Shown here in pieces: positions 45,813 to 54,988 of a stretch of 64,000 bases of DNA. The notes beneath the pieces were generated by a model. It was not told the DNA's origin. It saw only the letters and a program-made list of their open reading frames with translations, and did no database searches. This DNA is from an uncultured Clostridia bacterium (GTDB taxonomy: Bacteria; Bacillota; Clostridia; Christensenellales; UBA1242). Within the stretch, counting starts at the first letter, position 1. Each line of letters opens with the position of its first letter. The stretch lies in assembly GCA_944377365.1 (NCBI GenBank), contig CALWEQ010000009.1, positions 15,137 through 79,136 of the forward strand, given 5' to 3'. Made by a program: the position numbers and the translations under genes.

Positions 45813-47514
45813 ATTCTGCTATCACTACCCTTATAATTTTTGAATAATCTTTTCTGTATGAAATGTTAGTAAATCCATTTTCAATCAATATTTTTTCAAC
45901 TGCTGAATATTGCCCTCTGCCTATTTCTAAAAAGAGCTTGCCACTTTTTTTTAAGTGCAAAGGTGCGTTTTGTGCAATAACACGATAAAATTTTAGCCCG
46001 TCAACTCCTCCATCTAAAGCGAGTTTGGGGTCATAATTTTTCACCTCTTCATCGAGCCCCTCAATATCAAGAGTCCTAATATATGGTGGATTTGACACTA
46101 TTATATCAAATCTAGCTCTTTTTTTCAAGTTTTCAAACATGTTAGATTGCAAAAAATTTATTTTTACGTTGTTAATTTTAGCATTCTCTCTTGCAACATC
46201 GAGAGCCATTTTGCTGATGTCTGTTGCACTCACCAGACATTTTGATTTTTTTGCTATAACTATCGCTATAGCTCCACTACCTGTGCATAAATCCAACACC
46301 TGTAAATTCTTTTTGTCGCCTACCTCTTTAAGTACTTCTTCTACTAAAATTTCGGTTTCCATTCTAGGCGACAAAACCTTTTTGTTTATATTAAACTTTA
46401 ATCCATAAAATTCGACAAAACCAAATATGGCGGATAAAGGCTTTCCAGACGCGCGCGCCGTCGTGGCTCGCATTATCTCTTTATATGTTTTTTGATCAAA
46501 ACTATTTACAAGCTTTGCCTCCTCGCGAGAGCAATTTAAAATGGTTGCTATGATCCATTCAACATCAGCTTTGTCATATTTACCCACTTTTTCCAATTCT
46601 GTTTGCATTTCAGCAAGCACGGTGGATTTTGCTATTTGTGACTTGTTTGTCATTTCATCCTCTTGACCTATGCTTTTGATTTCTGAATAAGCAACACGCG
46701 CCACTTCGTCATGAGTTATACTAGGCTTTGCGCAAACAAAAAAATTTGTAAATAATGCTATCATTCTTAAAACGTATGTTTTTTGAAAAAGTATGCATAG
46801 CTCAAAACTTAGTCCACAGCATAAAAGAAATATAGCTAAATTAATTAAGATTTTCCAATATGGCGCTAAACTTATCCCAATAAATGTTATCACAAAAATT
46901 GCCAAAACTAAAGCAAAAACGACTATGTTAAGTATATTAAATGGCGCGTAATAATCTTTTTTACTCACATTCTTCATCTCTCCGTCTCTTAAAAGCACTT
47001 GATTGGTTGCACCATTAAATTTGTACAGATCTTGCATTGGTGGCAAAAATCTGAAAATCAAAAGTATAATAAAAAATATGGCAACTTTTGTAATTGCAAT
47101 AATGAAGTTTCGAAGCACAAAGTTCATGCTCATTCCAATAAACACAAACGACAGTTTGGCAGGAATAAAACCAAACAAAAACAAGCTGATGCCCAGACTT
47201 ATTAAAAGCAAAAAGGTCATTGCTACTACTTCTTTTTTCACATTCAATTTTTCTGCGACCTTATCGCTCATTCCTCTTTCTATGCTTGTTCCACTTAATT
47301 CTATTGAGTCTATGCCGGTTTTAATGGTTGCTACTACGCCACAAAAAAAGTAAGTTATACCCCTAACTATCGGAATATTCCAAAACACCACTTTGTTTTT
47401 AAGTTTTCCTGTTTTAAGCCTTTTAGCGCCACGCGAGTCAACAGCAGAAACGGCATATCGAGTTTTGTTTTGACAGCGGACGCCCGTAGCGCCGGGAAAG
47501 AATAAGCATTTCAC
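45787..47514 (-). CDS. prmC: fusion protein: DUF1385-like membrane domain + release-factor glutamine methyltransferase PrmC
   Basis: The C-terminal half carries LDLCTGSGAIAI, SPRMETE and IVSNPPYI (NPPY). The N-terminal ~300 aa aligns by eye to the YqhQ/DUF1385 layout (NIPIVRGITYF..., multi-TM). GTG start. It overlaps the prfA start by 26 nt. Confidence 0.8.
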   Translation of the reverse strand: MKCLFFPGATGVRCQNKTRYAVSAVDSRGAKRLKTGKLKNKVVFWNIPIVRGITYFFCGVVATIKTGIDSIELSGTSIERGMSDKVAEKLNVKKEVVAMTFLLLISLGISLFLFGFIPAKLSFVFIGMSMNFVLRNFIIAITKVAIFFIILLIFRFLPPMQDLYKFNGATNQVLLRDGEMKNVSKKDYYAPFNILNIVVFALVLAIFVITFIGISLAPYWKILINLAIFLLCCGLSFELCILFQKTYVLRMIALFTNFFVCAKPSITHDEVARVAYSEIKSIGQEDEMTNKSQIAKSTVLAEMQTELEKVGKYDKADVEWIIATILNCSREEAKLVNSFDQKTYKEIMRATTARASGKPLSAIFGFVEFYGLKFNINKKVLSPRMETEILVEEVLKEVGDKKNLQVLDLCTGSGAIAIVIAKKSKCLVSATDISKMALDVARENAKINNVKINFLQSNMFENLKKRARFDIIVSNPPYIRTLDIEGLDEEVKNYDPKLALDGGVDGLKFYRVIAQNAPLHLKKSGKLFLEIGRGQYSAVEKILIENGFTNISYRKDYSKIIRVVIAEYDKRRRNT

Positions 47515-47560
47515 ACTTGAATGTTTTCCAATTTATTTAAAATCATACTTAAATGATTTA

Positions 47561-47586
47561 AAAAAATATGAGCCGTAGCTCATATA
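47561..47586 (-). terminator. intrinsic terminator after rpmE
   Basis: Minus strand ATATGAGCtacgGCTCATAT followed by a T-run. Confidence 0.8.
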
Positions 47587-47793
47587 TTAATCAAGATTAT
47601 ATTTTTTCTTAAACTTGTCAACATTTCCGCTCACATCTACGGCTTTCTTCTTGCCTGTGAAAAATGGGTGGCATTTGTTGCAAATGTCTATGCTTAAAGT
47701 GTTCCCTTTAACAGTTGAATGCGTTTTAAATGTGTTTCCACAAGCACAAACTACTGTTACTTCATGATAATCTGGATGTAAATTTTCTTTCAT
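47587..47793 (-). CDS. rpmE: 50S ribosomal protein L31 (Zn-binding type)
   Basis: [27 protein letters not shown]...[13 protein letters not shown] aaggagg lies before ATG 47793. Confidence 0.95.
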   Translation of the reverse strand: MKENLHPDYHEVTVVCACGNTFKTHSTVKGNTLSIDICNKCHPFFTGKKKAVDVSGNVDKFKKKYNLD

Positions 47794-47803
47794 ATCTTCC
47801 TCC

Positions 47804-48061
47804 TTAATCACCAACATATGGAAGCAATGCCACATTTCTTGCTCTCTTTATTGCAAGAGCCAATTTTCTTTGATGATAAGAACAAACACCTGTTTGTCTT
47901 CTAGGCAAAATTTTTCCTTTCTCGGTGATAAATTTTCTTAATTTTGCAGCATCTTTATAATCAATTTCCTTTTCACCAGCAACGCAAAAAGCACAAACTT
48001 TTTTCTTTGAAGGTTTACGGAATTTTTTTGCTTGTTTTTCTTCAACTTTTACTTCGCTCAT
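47804..48061 (-). CDS. rpsR: 30S ribosomal protein S18
   Basis: [43 protein letters not shown]. Confidence 0.96.
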   Translation of the reverse strand: MSEVKVEEKQAKKFRKPSKKKVCAFCVAGEKEIDYKDAAKLRKFITEKGKILPRRQTGVCSYHQRKLALAIKRARNVALLPYVGD

Positions 48062-48072
48062 ATTTCCTCCTA

Positions 48073-48498
48073 TTAAAATGGAAGTGAATCGTCATCAATA
48101 GGCTCAAGCTCTGCAACTTGTTTTTTTGATGAGGCTTGTTGTGGCTCTTTGCCAAATGTAGCACCACTTTCATCATCTCTTGGCCTTGTCCCTACGAATT
48201 CAACTTCATCTGCTATGACTTCTGTCACATATCTTTTTGAGCCGTCTTGCGCTTCATAAGAAGATGTTTGAAGTCTACCAACAACTGCGCATTTGGATCC
48301 TTTTTTCAAAAATCTATGACAATTTTCTGCTTGGCCTCTCCATACTACTATGTTGATAAAATCTGCATCTCTTTCGCCTTCGGCATTTTGAAATCTTCTT
48401 TGAACAGCGATTGTAAAACGACAAACAGAAACCCCTCCGTTTGTTGTAGCAAGCTCTGGATCTCTAGAAAGATTTCCTATTAAAATCACTTTATTCAT
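48073..48498 (-). CDS. ssb: single-stranded DNA-binding protein
   Basis: [16 protein letters not shown]...[13 protein letters not shown] has the OB fold. The acidic tip is DDDSLPF. Confidence 0.96.
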   Translation of the reverse strand: MNKVILIGNLSRDPELATTNGGVSVCRFTIAVQRRFQNAEGERDADFINIVVWRGQAENCHRFLKKGSKCAVVGRLQTSSYEAQDGSKRYVTEVIADEVEFVGTRPRDDESGATFGKEPQQASSKKQVAELEPIDDDSLPF

Positions 48499-48536
48499 AT
48501 TTTCTCCTATCAGCTTTTACAGCCTAACTTCTTATG

Positions 48537-48821
48537 TTAAATTCTAACAAATTGATGACGTATAATTCCGTCTGTGATGTTTAATAACTTGCTCATTGCA
48601 TCAACTTCCAAATTTGGCATTTCCATTTTCATTAAAACGTAAAAACCTTCATTTTTGAAATTGATTGGATATGCAAGTTTTCTCATTCCCCATTTTTCGA
48701 CGCCTTCAACTTTCCCGCCTTTGTTTTCAACATATGCACGGAATTTTGCGATGAGTTCTTCTCTCTTCTCCTCTGTGGCGTCTGATGAAATGATATACAA
48801 AAGTTCATATCTTGACATCAT
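48537..48821 (-). CDS. rpsF: 30S ribosomal protein S6
   Basis: MMSRYELLYIISSDATEEKREELI...WGMRKLAYPI. SD aaggagg lies before ATG 48821. Confidence 0.95.
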   Translation of the reverse strand: MMSRYELLYIISSDATEEKREELIAKFRAYVENKGGKVEGVEKWGMRKLAYPINFKNEGFYVLMKMEMPNLEVDAMSKLLNITDGIIRHQFVRI

Positions 48822-48894
48822 TTTTTCCTCCTTTTGGACAATTTTTGGCTTTTCTTTTACAAACAAGAAAAGCAAGGATCTCTCGACTAGTGTG

Positions 48895-48923
48895 ATTATA
48901 ACACATCGTCGTCAGCTTTGCAA
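48895..48923 (-). promoter_or_regulatory. consensus sigma-A promoter of rpsF-ssb-rpsR, followed by a leader hairpin
   Basis: Minus strand has TTGCAA (48923-48918), a 17-nt spacer, then TATAAT (48900-48895). The leader contains GCTTTTCTT-gtttgta-AAGAAAAGC just 5' of the SD. Confidence 0.65.
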
Positions 48924-49036
48924 GTGATTTTTTGAAAAAGTTAAAACATTAGGAAAGCAATATTCTTTTAAAAGAATTTGAAGCATTAAAAATTAAATTG
49001 TAGAAATTATTAAAGACTTTCTTGGCAACAATTATG

Positions 49037-49054
49037 TTTGCTTTGCAAAGCAAA
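49037..49054. repeat. perfect 18-bp palindrome
   Basis: TTTGCTTTG|CAAAGCAAA in the secA/rpsF spacer. Confidence 0.85.
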
Positions 49055-49094
49055 AAGCAAAATACTTTTAGATAAATTTCAAATTTAGCAAAAT

Positions 49095-49139
49095 TAAAAA
49101 AGATAATGTAGCTTGTCAATTTACATTATCTTTTTTTTA
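49095..49139 (-). terminator. intrinsic terminator downstream of secA
   Basis: aaaaaAGATAATGTAgcttgtcaattTACATTATCTtttttttt. 10-bp stem with symmetric A- and T-runs. Confidence 0.75.
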
Positions 49140-49290
49140 AATTTTTAAAAGTAATCATTATCTTTATCTTTTTAACTCAACATTTTTAATCATGTTTTAG
49201 ATATGAATTTCGAATATTATATTTTTTATTTCAATACCAAAAAAATTTATCGATGTAAAGGTTGTTTTAGTCAAAAATATTGGAAATTTG

Positions 49291-52008
49291 TTATACATCT
49301 TTACCACAACAATTTTTGTATTTTTTCCCACTACCGCATGGACATAACTCATTCCTGCCAACTTTAGGTCCAGAATTTACAACTGTCGTTTGAATTTTTT
49401 GTTTTTCAGGTTTTTGATTGTTGGACGGAAGTTCTTCTTTTCTTGCAATAGGAGTAAAGGTCGGCCTTTGCACCTTTTCAGGTTTTCTTTCGACTTGCAT
49501 CTTAATAGAAAGCAAAATTAAACAAACTGTTTCACGAATTTGATTGATCATCTTTTCAAACAACTCATATCCGTCTTTTTTGTAAGCTAAAACGGGGTCT
49601 TGGTTTCCAAATCCTCTTGCGAATATTTCGTTTTTCATGATTTGCATGTCGTCAATATGGTTCATCCAATTGGCATCAACGACTTTGAGCATAACAAATC
49701 TTTCAACGTTTGCAAAGTCAACTCCCAATTCCTTTGCATAGTCTATTTGCTTTTGATATCTCTCTTTTACAACCTTAAAAATCTTTTTTTCAACGTCTGC
49801 CACATCGCAGTCTTCTATAAATTTTTCATCGACAAGATTTGTCCCTTTTTCTATAAGTCCTTTTTCAAGATCGGCATTAATATTTGAAATGTCCCACTCA
49901 AAATATGGTTTGTCGTCGTCCAAATGTTTTCTTACAATTTTCGAAATTACCTCTGGATACATTCCAAGAATTTGGTCTCTTAAAGGCAGACCTTCCAACA
50001 CTTTGTTTCTTTCATCATACACGATTTTTCTTTGTGCGTTCATAACATCATCAAATTGAAGCACTGTTTTTCGCATTCCAAAATTTTGAGCTTCAATTTT
50101 TTTCTGGGCAGAAGAAATTTGCCTTGTCAAAAGTTTTAACTGTATTGGTGTGGACTCGTCAATTCTAAACATTTGCGCAACACGTTGTAATCTTTCTCCA
50201 CCAAATCTTTTTAGCAAGTCATCTTCAAGCGAGAGGAAAAACACGCTCGAACCTGGGTCGCCTTGTCTTGCGGCACGTCCTCTAAGCTGGTTGTCAATTC
50301 TTCTTGATTCGTGACGTTCCGTTCCAATAATATGAAGACCACCGAGCTTTTTAACCTCTTCTTTTTCTGCGTCAGTCTCTTTTTTAAATTCTGCGTAAAG
50401 CTCTTGATAACGCTTTCTTGCTTTTATCAATTCTTCGTCATCGGAATTATTAAAAGCCGTGGCATATGAAATTTGCTCCTCTGTGAATTTCTCGTCAGCC
50501 ATTTTTTTCTTTGCCATAAACTCTGGGTTTCCGCCGAGCAAAATATCTGTTCCACGCCCCGCCATATTGGTAGCGATTGTAACTGCTCCCTTTCGTCCTG
50601 CCTGGGCAACAATAGCGCTCTCTTGCTCGTGATTTTTAGCGTTCAAAACTACGTGCTTAATTTTTTGCGCTTTAAGCGCTTTTGAAAGATCTTCTGATTT
50701 GTCAATTGTAACAGTGCCGACAAGCACAGGTGTGCCTTGGTCATTGCACCTTTTAATTTCTTCAACTATCGCATTGATTTTACCCTTGTAAGTAGTAAAA
50801 ACTATGTCTGGTTCATCTTTTCTTTTGTTTGGAAGGTTTGGCGGTATTGTGACAACATCAAGGTTGTAAATCGTCCTAAATTCTCCCTCTTCCGTCTTTG
50901 CAGTTCCTGTCATACCCGAAAGTTTTTTATACAGCCTAAAATAATTTTGAAAAGTTATAGTAGCAAGCGTTTTGTTTTCATCTTTAATTGTTACTTTTTC
51001 TTTTGCTTCAATTGCTTGATGAAGTCCATCAGAAAATCTACGACCTGGCATCAAACGCCCAGTAAATTCATCGACGATGATCACTTCACCGTCTTTTACT
51101 ATATAGTTTTCGTCCTTAAACATAGTAAAATTGGCTTTTAAGGCATTGTTGATGTGATGATTGAGCTCCAAATTGTCAATATCAGAAAGCGAATCCACAT
51201 GAAAATACCTTTCAGCTTTTGTGATGCCACTTTCAGTCAGATTTATCTGTTTTGTTTTTATGTCAATTTCTACGTCATCATCTTTTTTTAACGTTCTAAC
51301 AAAACTTTGTGCCTTTTCATATTGTTCGCTAGATTTAGAGCCACGACCACTTATGATAAGAGGTGTTCGAGCTTCATCAATTAAAATGGAATCGACCTCA
51401 TCGACTATCGCAAAATTTTGCCCTCGCTGAACCCTCATTTGTGTGCTGGTTGCCATGTTGTCTCTCAAATAATCAAACCCAAGCTCATTGTTCGTGCAAT
51501 ATGTTATGTCAGCTTGATACGCTTGCTTTTTCGCTTCATGCGACATGTTGGCAACAATTACTCCAACGCTTAGCCCTAAAAATTTGTAAACTTTACCCAT
51601 CCATTCCGCATCGCGTTTTGCAAGGTATTCATTGACAGTAACGATGTGCACCCCTTTTCCTGCAAGTGCATTTAAATATGCTGGAAGAGTAGCAACGAGC
51701 GTTTTTCCTTCACCTGTTGCCATTTCGGCAATTCGACCTTGATGAAGAGCGATTCCCCCCATGATTTGCACCAAGAAATGTTTCATGTTTAAAACGCGAT
51801 GTCCAGCTTCTCTACACACAGCAAACGCATCTGGCAAAATGTTGTCTAACGTCTCGCCGTTTTGAAGTCTTTGTTTTAAGACTTCTGTTTGACTTTGCAA
51901 CATTTCGTCTGACATCTTCTCATACTTTTCTTCTAAATCGACAACCTTCAATGCCTTTTTACGAAGTTTTCTTACCTGTCCATTGTTTTCGCTACCAAAA
52001 AGTCCCAT
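49291..52008 (-). CDS. secA: preprotein translocase ATPase SecA
   Basis: 905 aa with MATGEGKTLVATLP, DEVDSILIDEARTPLIISG, and C-terminal Zn finger CPCGSGKKYKNCCG. Confidence 0.98.
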   Translation of the reverse strand: MGLFGSENNGQVRKLRKKALKVVDLEEKYEKMSDEMLQSQTEVLKQRLQNGETLDNILPDAFAVCREAGHRVLNMKHFLVQIMGGIALHQGRIAEMATGEGKTLVATLPAYLNALAGKGVHIVTVNEYLAKRDAEWMGKVYKFLGLSVGVIVANMSHEAKKQAYQADITYCTNNELGFDYLRDNMATSTQMRVQRGQNFAIVDEVDSILIDEARTPLIISGRGSKSSEQYEKAQSFVRTLKKDDDVEIDIKTKQINLTESGITKAERYFHVDSLSDIDNLELNHHINNALKANFTMFKDENYIVKDGEVIIVDEFTGRLMPGRRFSDGLHQAIEAKEKVTIKDENKTLATITFQNYFRLYKKLSGMTGTAKTEEGEFRTIYNLDVVTIPPNLPNKRKDEPDIVFTTYKGKINAIVEEIKRCNDQGTPVLVGTVTIDKSEDLSKALKAQKIKHVVLNAKNHEQESAIVAQAGRKGAVTIATNMAGRGTDILLGGNPEFMAKKKMADEKFTEEQISYATAFNNSDDEELIKARKRYQELYAEFKKETDAEKEEVKKLGGLHIIGTERHESRRIDNQLRGRAARQGDPGSSVFFLSLEDDLLKRFGGERLQRVAQMFRIDESTPIQLKLLTRQISSAQKKIEAQNFGMRKTVLQFDDVMNAQRKIVYDERNKVLEGLPLRDQILGMYPEVISKIVRKHLDDDKPYFEWDISNINADLEKGLIEKGTNLVDEKFIEDCDVADVEKKIFKVVKERYQKQIDYAKELGVDFANVERFVMLKVVDANWMNHIDDMQIMKNEIFARGFGNQDPVLAYKKDGYELFEKMINQIRETVCLILLSIKMQVERKPEKVQRPTFTPIARKEELPSNNQKPEKQKIQTTVVNSGPKVGRNELCPCGSGKKYKNCCGKDV

Positions 52009-52184
52009 TTTTATCTCCTGAGTTTATTTTAACCATTTTTGTAAATTAGTCAAGCAGAATTCAATCGTATATTGTCAACTGCTTTTAACAATACATTACA
52101 AGCTGTATTTTTACATTCATTATGTTGACAAAACAAGACAAAAATGTTATATTTAAAACAAATAGAAAAACCTTGGAGGTATAA

Positions 52185-54932
52185 ATGGGTTCCGATCTGT
52201 CAAGAGTAGTGAGTTTTTCAAATTTATATAAATCTGGCGACAAAAAATACACACAAACCGTTAACATAGAATCTACAAGCGAAAAAAACAAAACCAAGCT
52301 TGTCTCTTTAGCAGATAAATCCGGACTTTTTTTTGAAGTGCGATCGTCTGGCAAAAACGCTTATAAAGTTGAAATTCAGTATGACAGGCTAGAAGGCCTT
52401 TCTGATGATCAGTTAAAAGCGCTGGGAATTAATGACAGAGAAATCGCAAAACAAAAAGGCAAGGTCAGTTTGCCTGTTGAAAGCATTAATGTAATTGACT
52501 CCACACAAAATGGCACCGACAAAGGATTCCAAATCGTTTTGAAAGGTGGCGTTGAAATAAGGTCAAACGCACGAGGAGTTGAAATCAAAAAGGCGGGAGA
52601 GCAAAACGCTATACTGCGCACAAAACCAAAATTAGAAGATGACACATTCTCAGTTTCTATCACAGAGACTTGTTTGCATCGCGCACTAGACAATGCAGAC
52701 ACAAAAGTTTCTTTTTCATCAATAAGAAAAGATGGGCATATGGTTGCATTGCAAGAAGACATCACTGCATTTTCTCCAACCTTTGTTTCTGCACTTGGAA
52801 AAATTGTTGTCGCTGAATCATTAAATGAAAACACACAGTCAACATCAACGTTGGGCAACTTTAGTTTCTTAAAAGCCAATGTGGCTGGCTTTGATGGTGA
52901 TTCATCAACTCCAGTAAAAACGTCTAATGAGATTACTTTAATAAAGCAAGATGACAGATGTTACATCTTTCACAACGGCTCTTTCGTCGAAATCGACTAT
53001 GTGCACGCATACAATTATCCAACAAAACAAGGCGATCCTTCTCTTAACGCACAAATTGTGGTTGTGCCAAAATCTAAAAGCAGAGCATCTTTTCGCATTC
53101 CTTTAGCAATTGAACTTGGACCAAAAGCCCCAAAGACAAAATCGCCTTCTTACGTTTTATTAAATGACATTGCCAATTTTTTAGGCGTAACCAAAATTCA
53201 AGAACCTTCAAATAGAGAAAATTTAGTAAATCTTGGCAGATTAAAATCAGAGCCAGCATCTGCATTTTCCAACAAGGTACAAACAATCAACACAAGAATT
53301 AAAAGCAGAGCTCTTAATTTAGACGAGTTGGACACAACAGAAAACATTGTGGACATCATCGAAATAGATGTGCCAGAGCCAGAAAAAACTGACGAAATTG
53401 AAATTACTGAGCCCCCTAAAGACCCAGAAAAAACTGACGAAATTGAAATTACTGAGCCCCCTAAAGAGCCAGAAAAAGTTGACGAGGGTAAAACCACGGA
53501 ACCCCCTAAAGATCCAGAAAAAACTGACGAAGTTGAAATTACTGAAACTCCTAAACCAGAGCCAGAAAAAGTTGACGAAGTTGAAACCACACCAAAGACA
53601 GGAGAAAAAGCAACTGCTGATGATAAAAATAAAAAAGGAGCACACAAACCTGAAAAAGTTAGTCGTTTTTGGCCAAAAGTTTTAAGTGCGTTTGGAGGAC
53701 TGTTAATTTTAGGTGGAATTGTGGTCGCAATGGCTCTTGGCCTTTCAGTAATAGGATTGGCTGTAGGAGGTGCACTGGTTGGAATTGGCGTCACATCAAA
53801 TATTATAGGAAAAGTCGTTCCGACGGAATATAACCGCGAAGCAAGGCAAATCTTGAGAAAGGCTGAAAAATTTACAGACAGTGAGTTAAAAAGATTTTTG
53901 CAATTGTCAAGATCTATGTCTAGAACAAGCAAACGATTTTTTAAGTTAGATAAAAAAATTAAAAAAATTAAAGAATCACAACTCGAAAAAGTTGAAGCTT
54001 TAAAAGAAATTCAAAAGAAGCCTGAATCTGAAAGGACAAGAAAAGAAAAAAGATTGGTTAAAAAGTACTATAAAAACCAAAAGAAAATGACATCACTTAA
54101 AAACAAACAGCGCGAAGCGATAGCCTATTCAAACCCTAAAATCATAGACACTTTGAAAAAAACTTACGTTGCTCGCAAAATTGTTGAACTTAAAAAAGAA
54201 AGCAAAGAAAATCTGTCAAGAACTTTTGCTGATGAAATGGCTTTTGAATTTGTTGATGAATACAAATACGACATCGTCCACTGTTTAAGCCGAAACACAG
54301 GCAAGAGATCTGCAAAAAAAGCAATCCAAAAAATGAGTGTTGCTGAGCGATGCATCATCGAAGAAGCTGATCACAATTTCAACGAGGCTTTAAAAATGGC
54401 AAATGCAAAGTACAATCCTGCCACAATATCATCATCTCGATTAATACCTTTTGGTCCTCAAGAACAAGATATTTTAGGAGAATCAATTTCAAAATATTTT
54501 ACTTCAGGTGACTTTACAAAACGACAAGAAAAACTTGGAGCAGGGAAAAAGGCAAAAGTAAGAAGAATGGATCATAGAGATGTAGTTTTGGCTGAAAGAA
54601 TTGCCGAAGCAAACTCTTGGGTTGGGACTTTTTGCGATAATTTAACATCTCTTGAACTTCAAAGAAATGCTATAGATGGCTTACTTGAAGATGATAAAAA
54701 ACTGTTAGAAAAAGCTGATGAGCTACTTAGTAGCAGAGGAAGAGATTATTTATCAAAAGAAAAAAGAACGACGCTTGAAAAGAATTTGGAGTCTGTTTCT
54801 TCCCTTAGCGAAGAGGATAAGAAAAAAGCAAAAGAAAAGCTTGATGATGCTAAAAAGAAACTGTCCGACGATTCAAAAAAAGCAAAAAAAGACCAATCCT
54901 TGCGTGTTTCAGATTTGTCGGCAGGAAGATAA
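52185..54932 (+). CDS. hypothetical 915-aa bitopic protein: globular N-domain, acidic 15-aa repeats, double TM, basic coiled-coil C-domain
   Basis: SD ggaggt lies before the ATG. No signal peptide. Repeats read PEKTDEIEITEPPKD. The hydrophobic stretch is FWPKVLSAFGGLLILGGIVVAMALGLSVIGLAVGGALVGIGV. The C-terminal ~400 aa are Lys/Glu-rich. Confidence 0.7.
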   Translation: MGSDLSRVVSFSNLYKSGDKKYTQTVNIESTSEKNKTKLVSLADKSGLFFEVRSSGKNAYKVEIQYDRLEGLSDDQLKALGINDREIAKQKGKVSLPVESINVIDSTQNGTDKGFQIVLKGGVEIRSNARGVEIKKAGEQNAILRTKPKLEDDTFSVSITETCLHRALDNADTKVSFSSIRKDGHMVALQEDITAFSPTFVSALGKIVVAESLNENTQSTSTLGNFSFLKANVAGFDGDSSTPVKTSNEITLIKQDDRCYIFHNGSFVEIDYVHAYNYPTKQGDPSLNAQIVVVPKSKSRASFRIPLAIELGPKAPKTKSPSYVLLNDIANFLGVTKIQEPSNRENLVNLGRLKSEPASAFSNKVQTINTRIKSRALNLDELDTTENIVDIIEIDVPEPEKTDEIEITEPPKDPEKTDEIEITEPPKEPEKVDEGKTTEPPKDPEKTDEVEITETPKPEPEKVDEVETTPKTGEKATADDKNKKGAHKPEKVSRFWPKVLSAFGGLLILGGIVVAMALGLSVIGLAVGGALVGIGVTSNIIGKVVPTEYNREARQILRKAEKFTDSELKRFLQLSRSMSRTSKRFFKLDKKIKKIKESQLEKVEALKEIQKKPESERTRKEKRLVKKYYKNQKKMTSLKNKQREAIAYSNPKIIDTLKKTYVARKIVELKKESKENLSRTFADEMAFEFVDEYKYDIVHCLSRNTGKRSAKKAIQKMSVAERCIIEEADHNFNEALKMANAKYNPATISSSRLIPFGPQEQDILGESISKYFTSGDFTKRQEKLGAGKKAKVRRMDHRDVVLAERIAEANSWVGTFCDNLTSLELQRNAIDGLLEDDKKLLEKADELLSSRGRDYLSKEKRTTLEKNLESVSSLSEEDKKKAKEKLDDAKKKLSDDSKKAKKDQSLRVSDLSAGR
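53379..53600 (+). repeat. 45-nt (15-codon) in-frame tandem repeat, about 5 units
   Basis: ccagaaaaaactgacgaaattgaaattactgagccccctaaagac. Units 1 and 2 differ at 1 nt by my reading. Later units are diverged. Confidence 0.9.
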
Positions 54933-54988
54933 ATTTTTAAAAAGCAAATGTTTAACGCATTTGCTTTTACATTTAAAAGGAATTTAAA

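Noticed and set aside
52009-52184. The minus-to-plus gene-orientation switch between secA and the 915-aa gene resembles a replication origin. Origin-proximal genes (rpsF-ssb-rpsR, rplI, ychF, gyrB-like) are nearby.
   Set aside because: There are no DnaA boxes (TTATCCACA or its complement) and no dnaA/dnaN in this spacer or the other AT-rich spacers I scanned. A simple divergent promoter region is sufficient to explain it. GC-skew was not computed.
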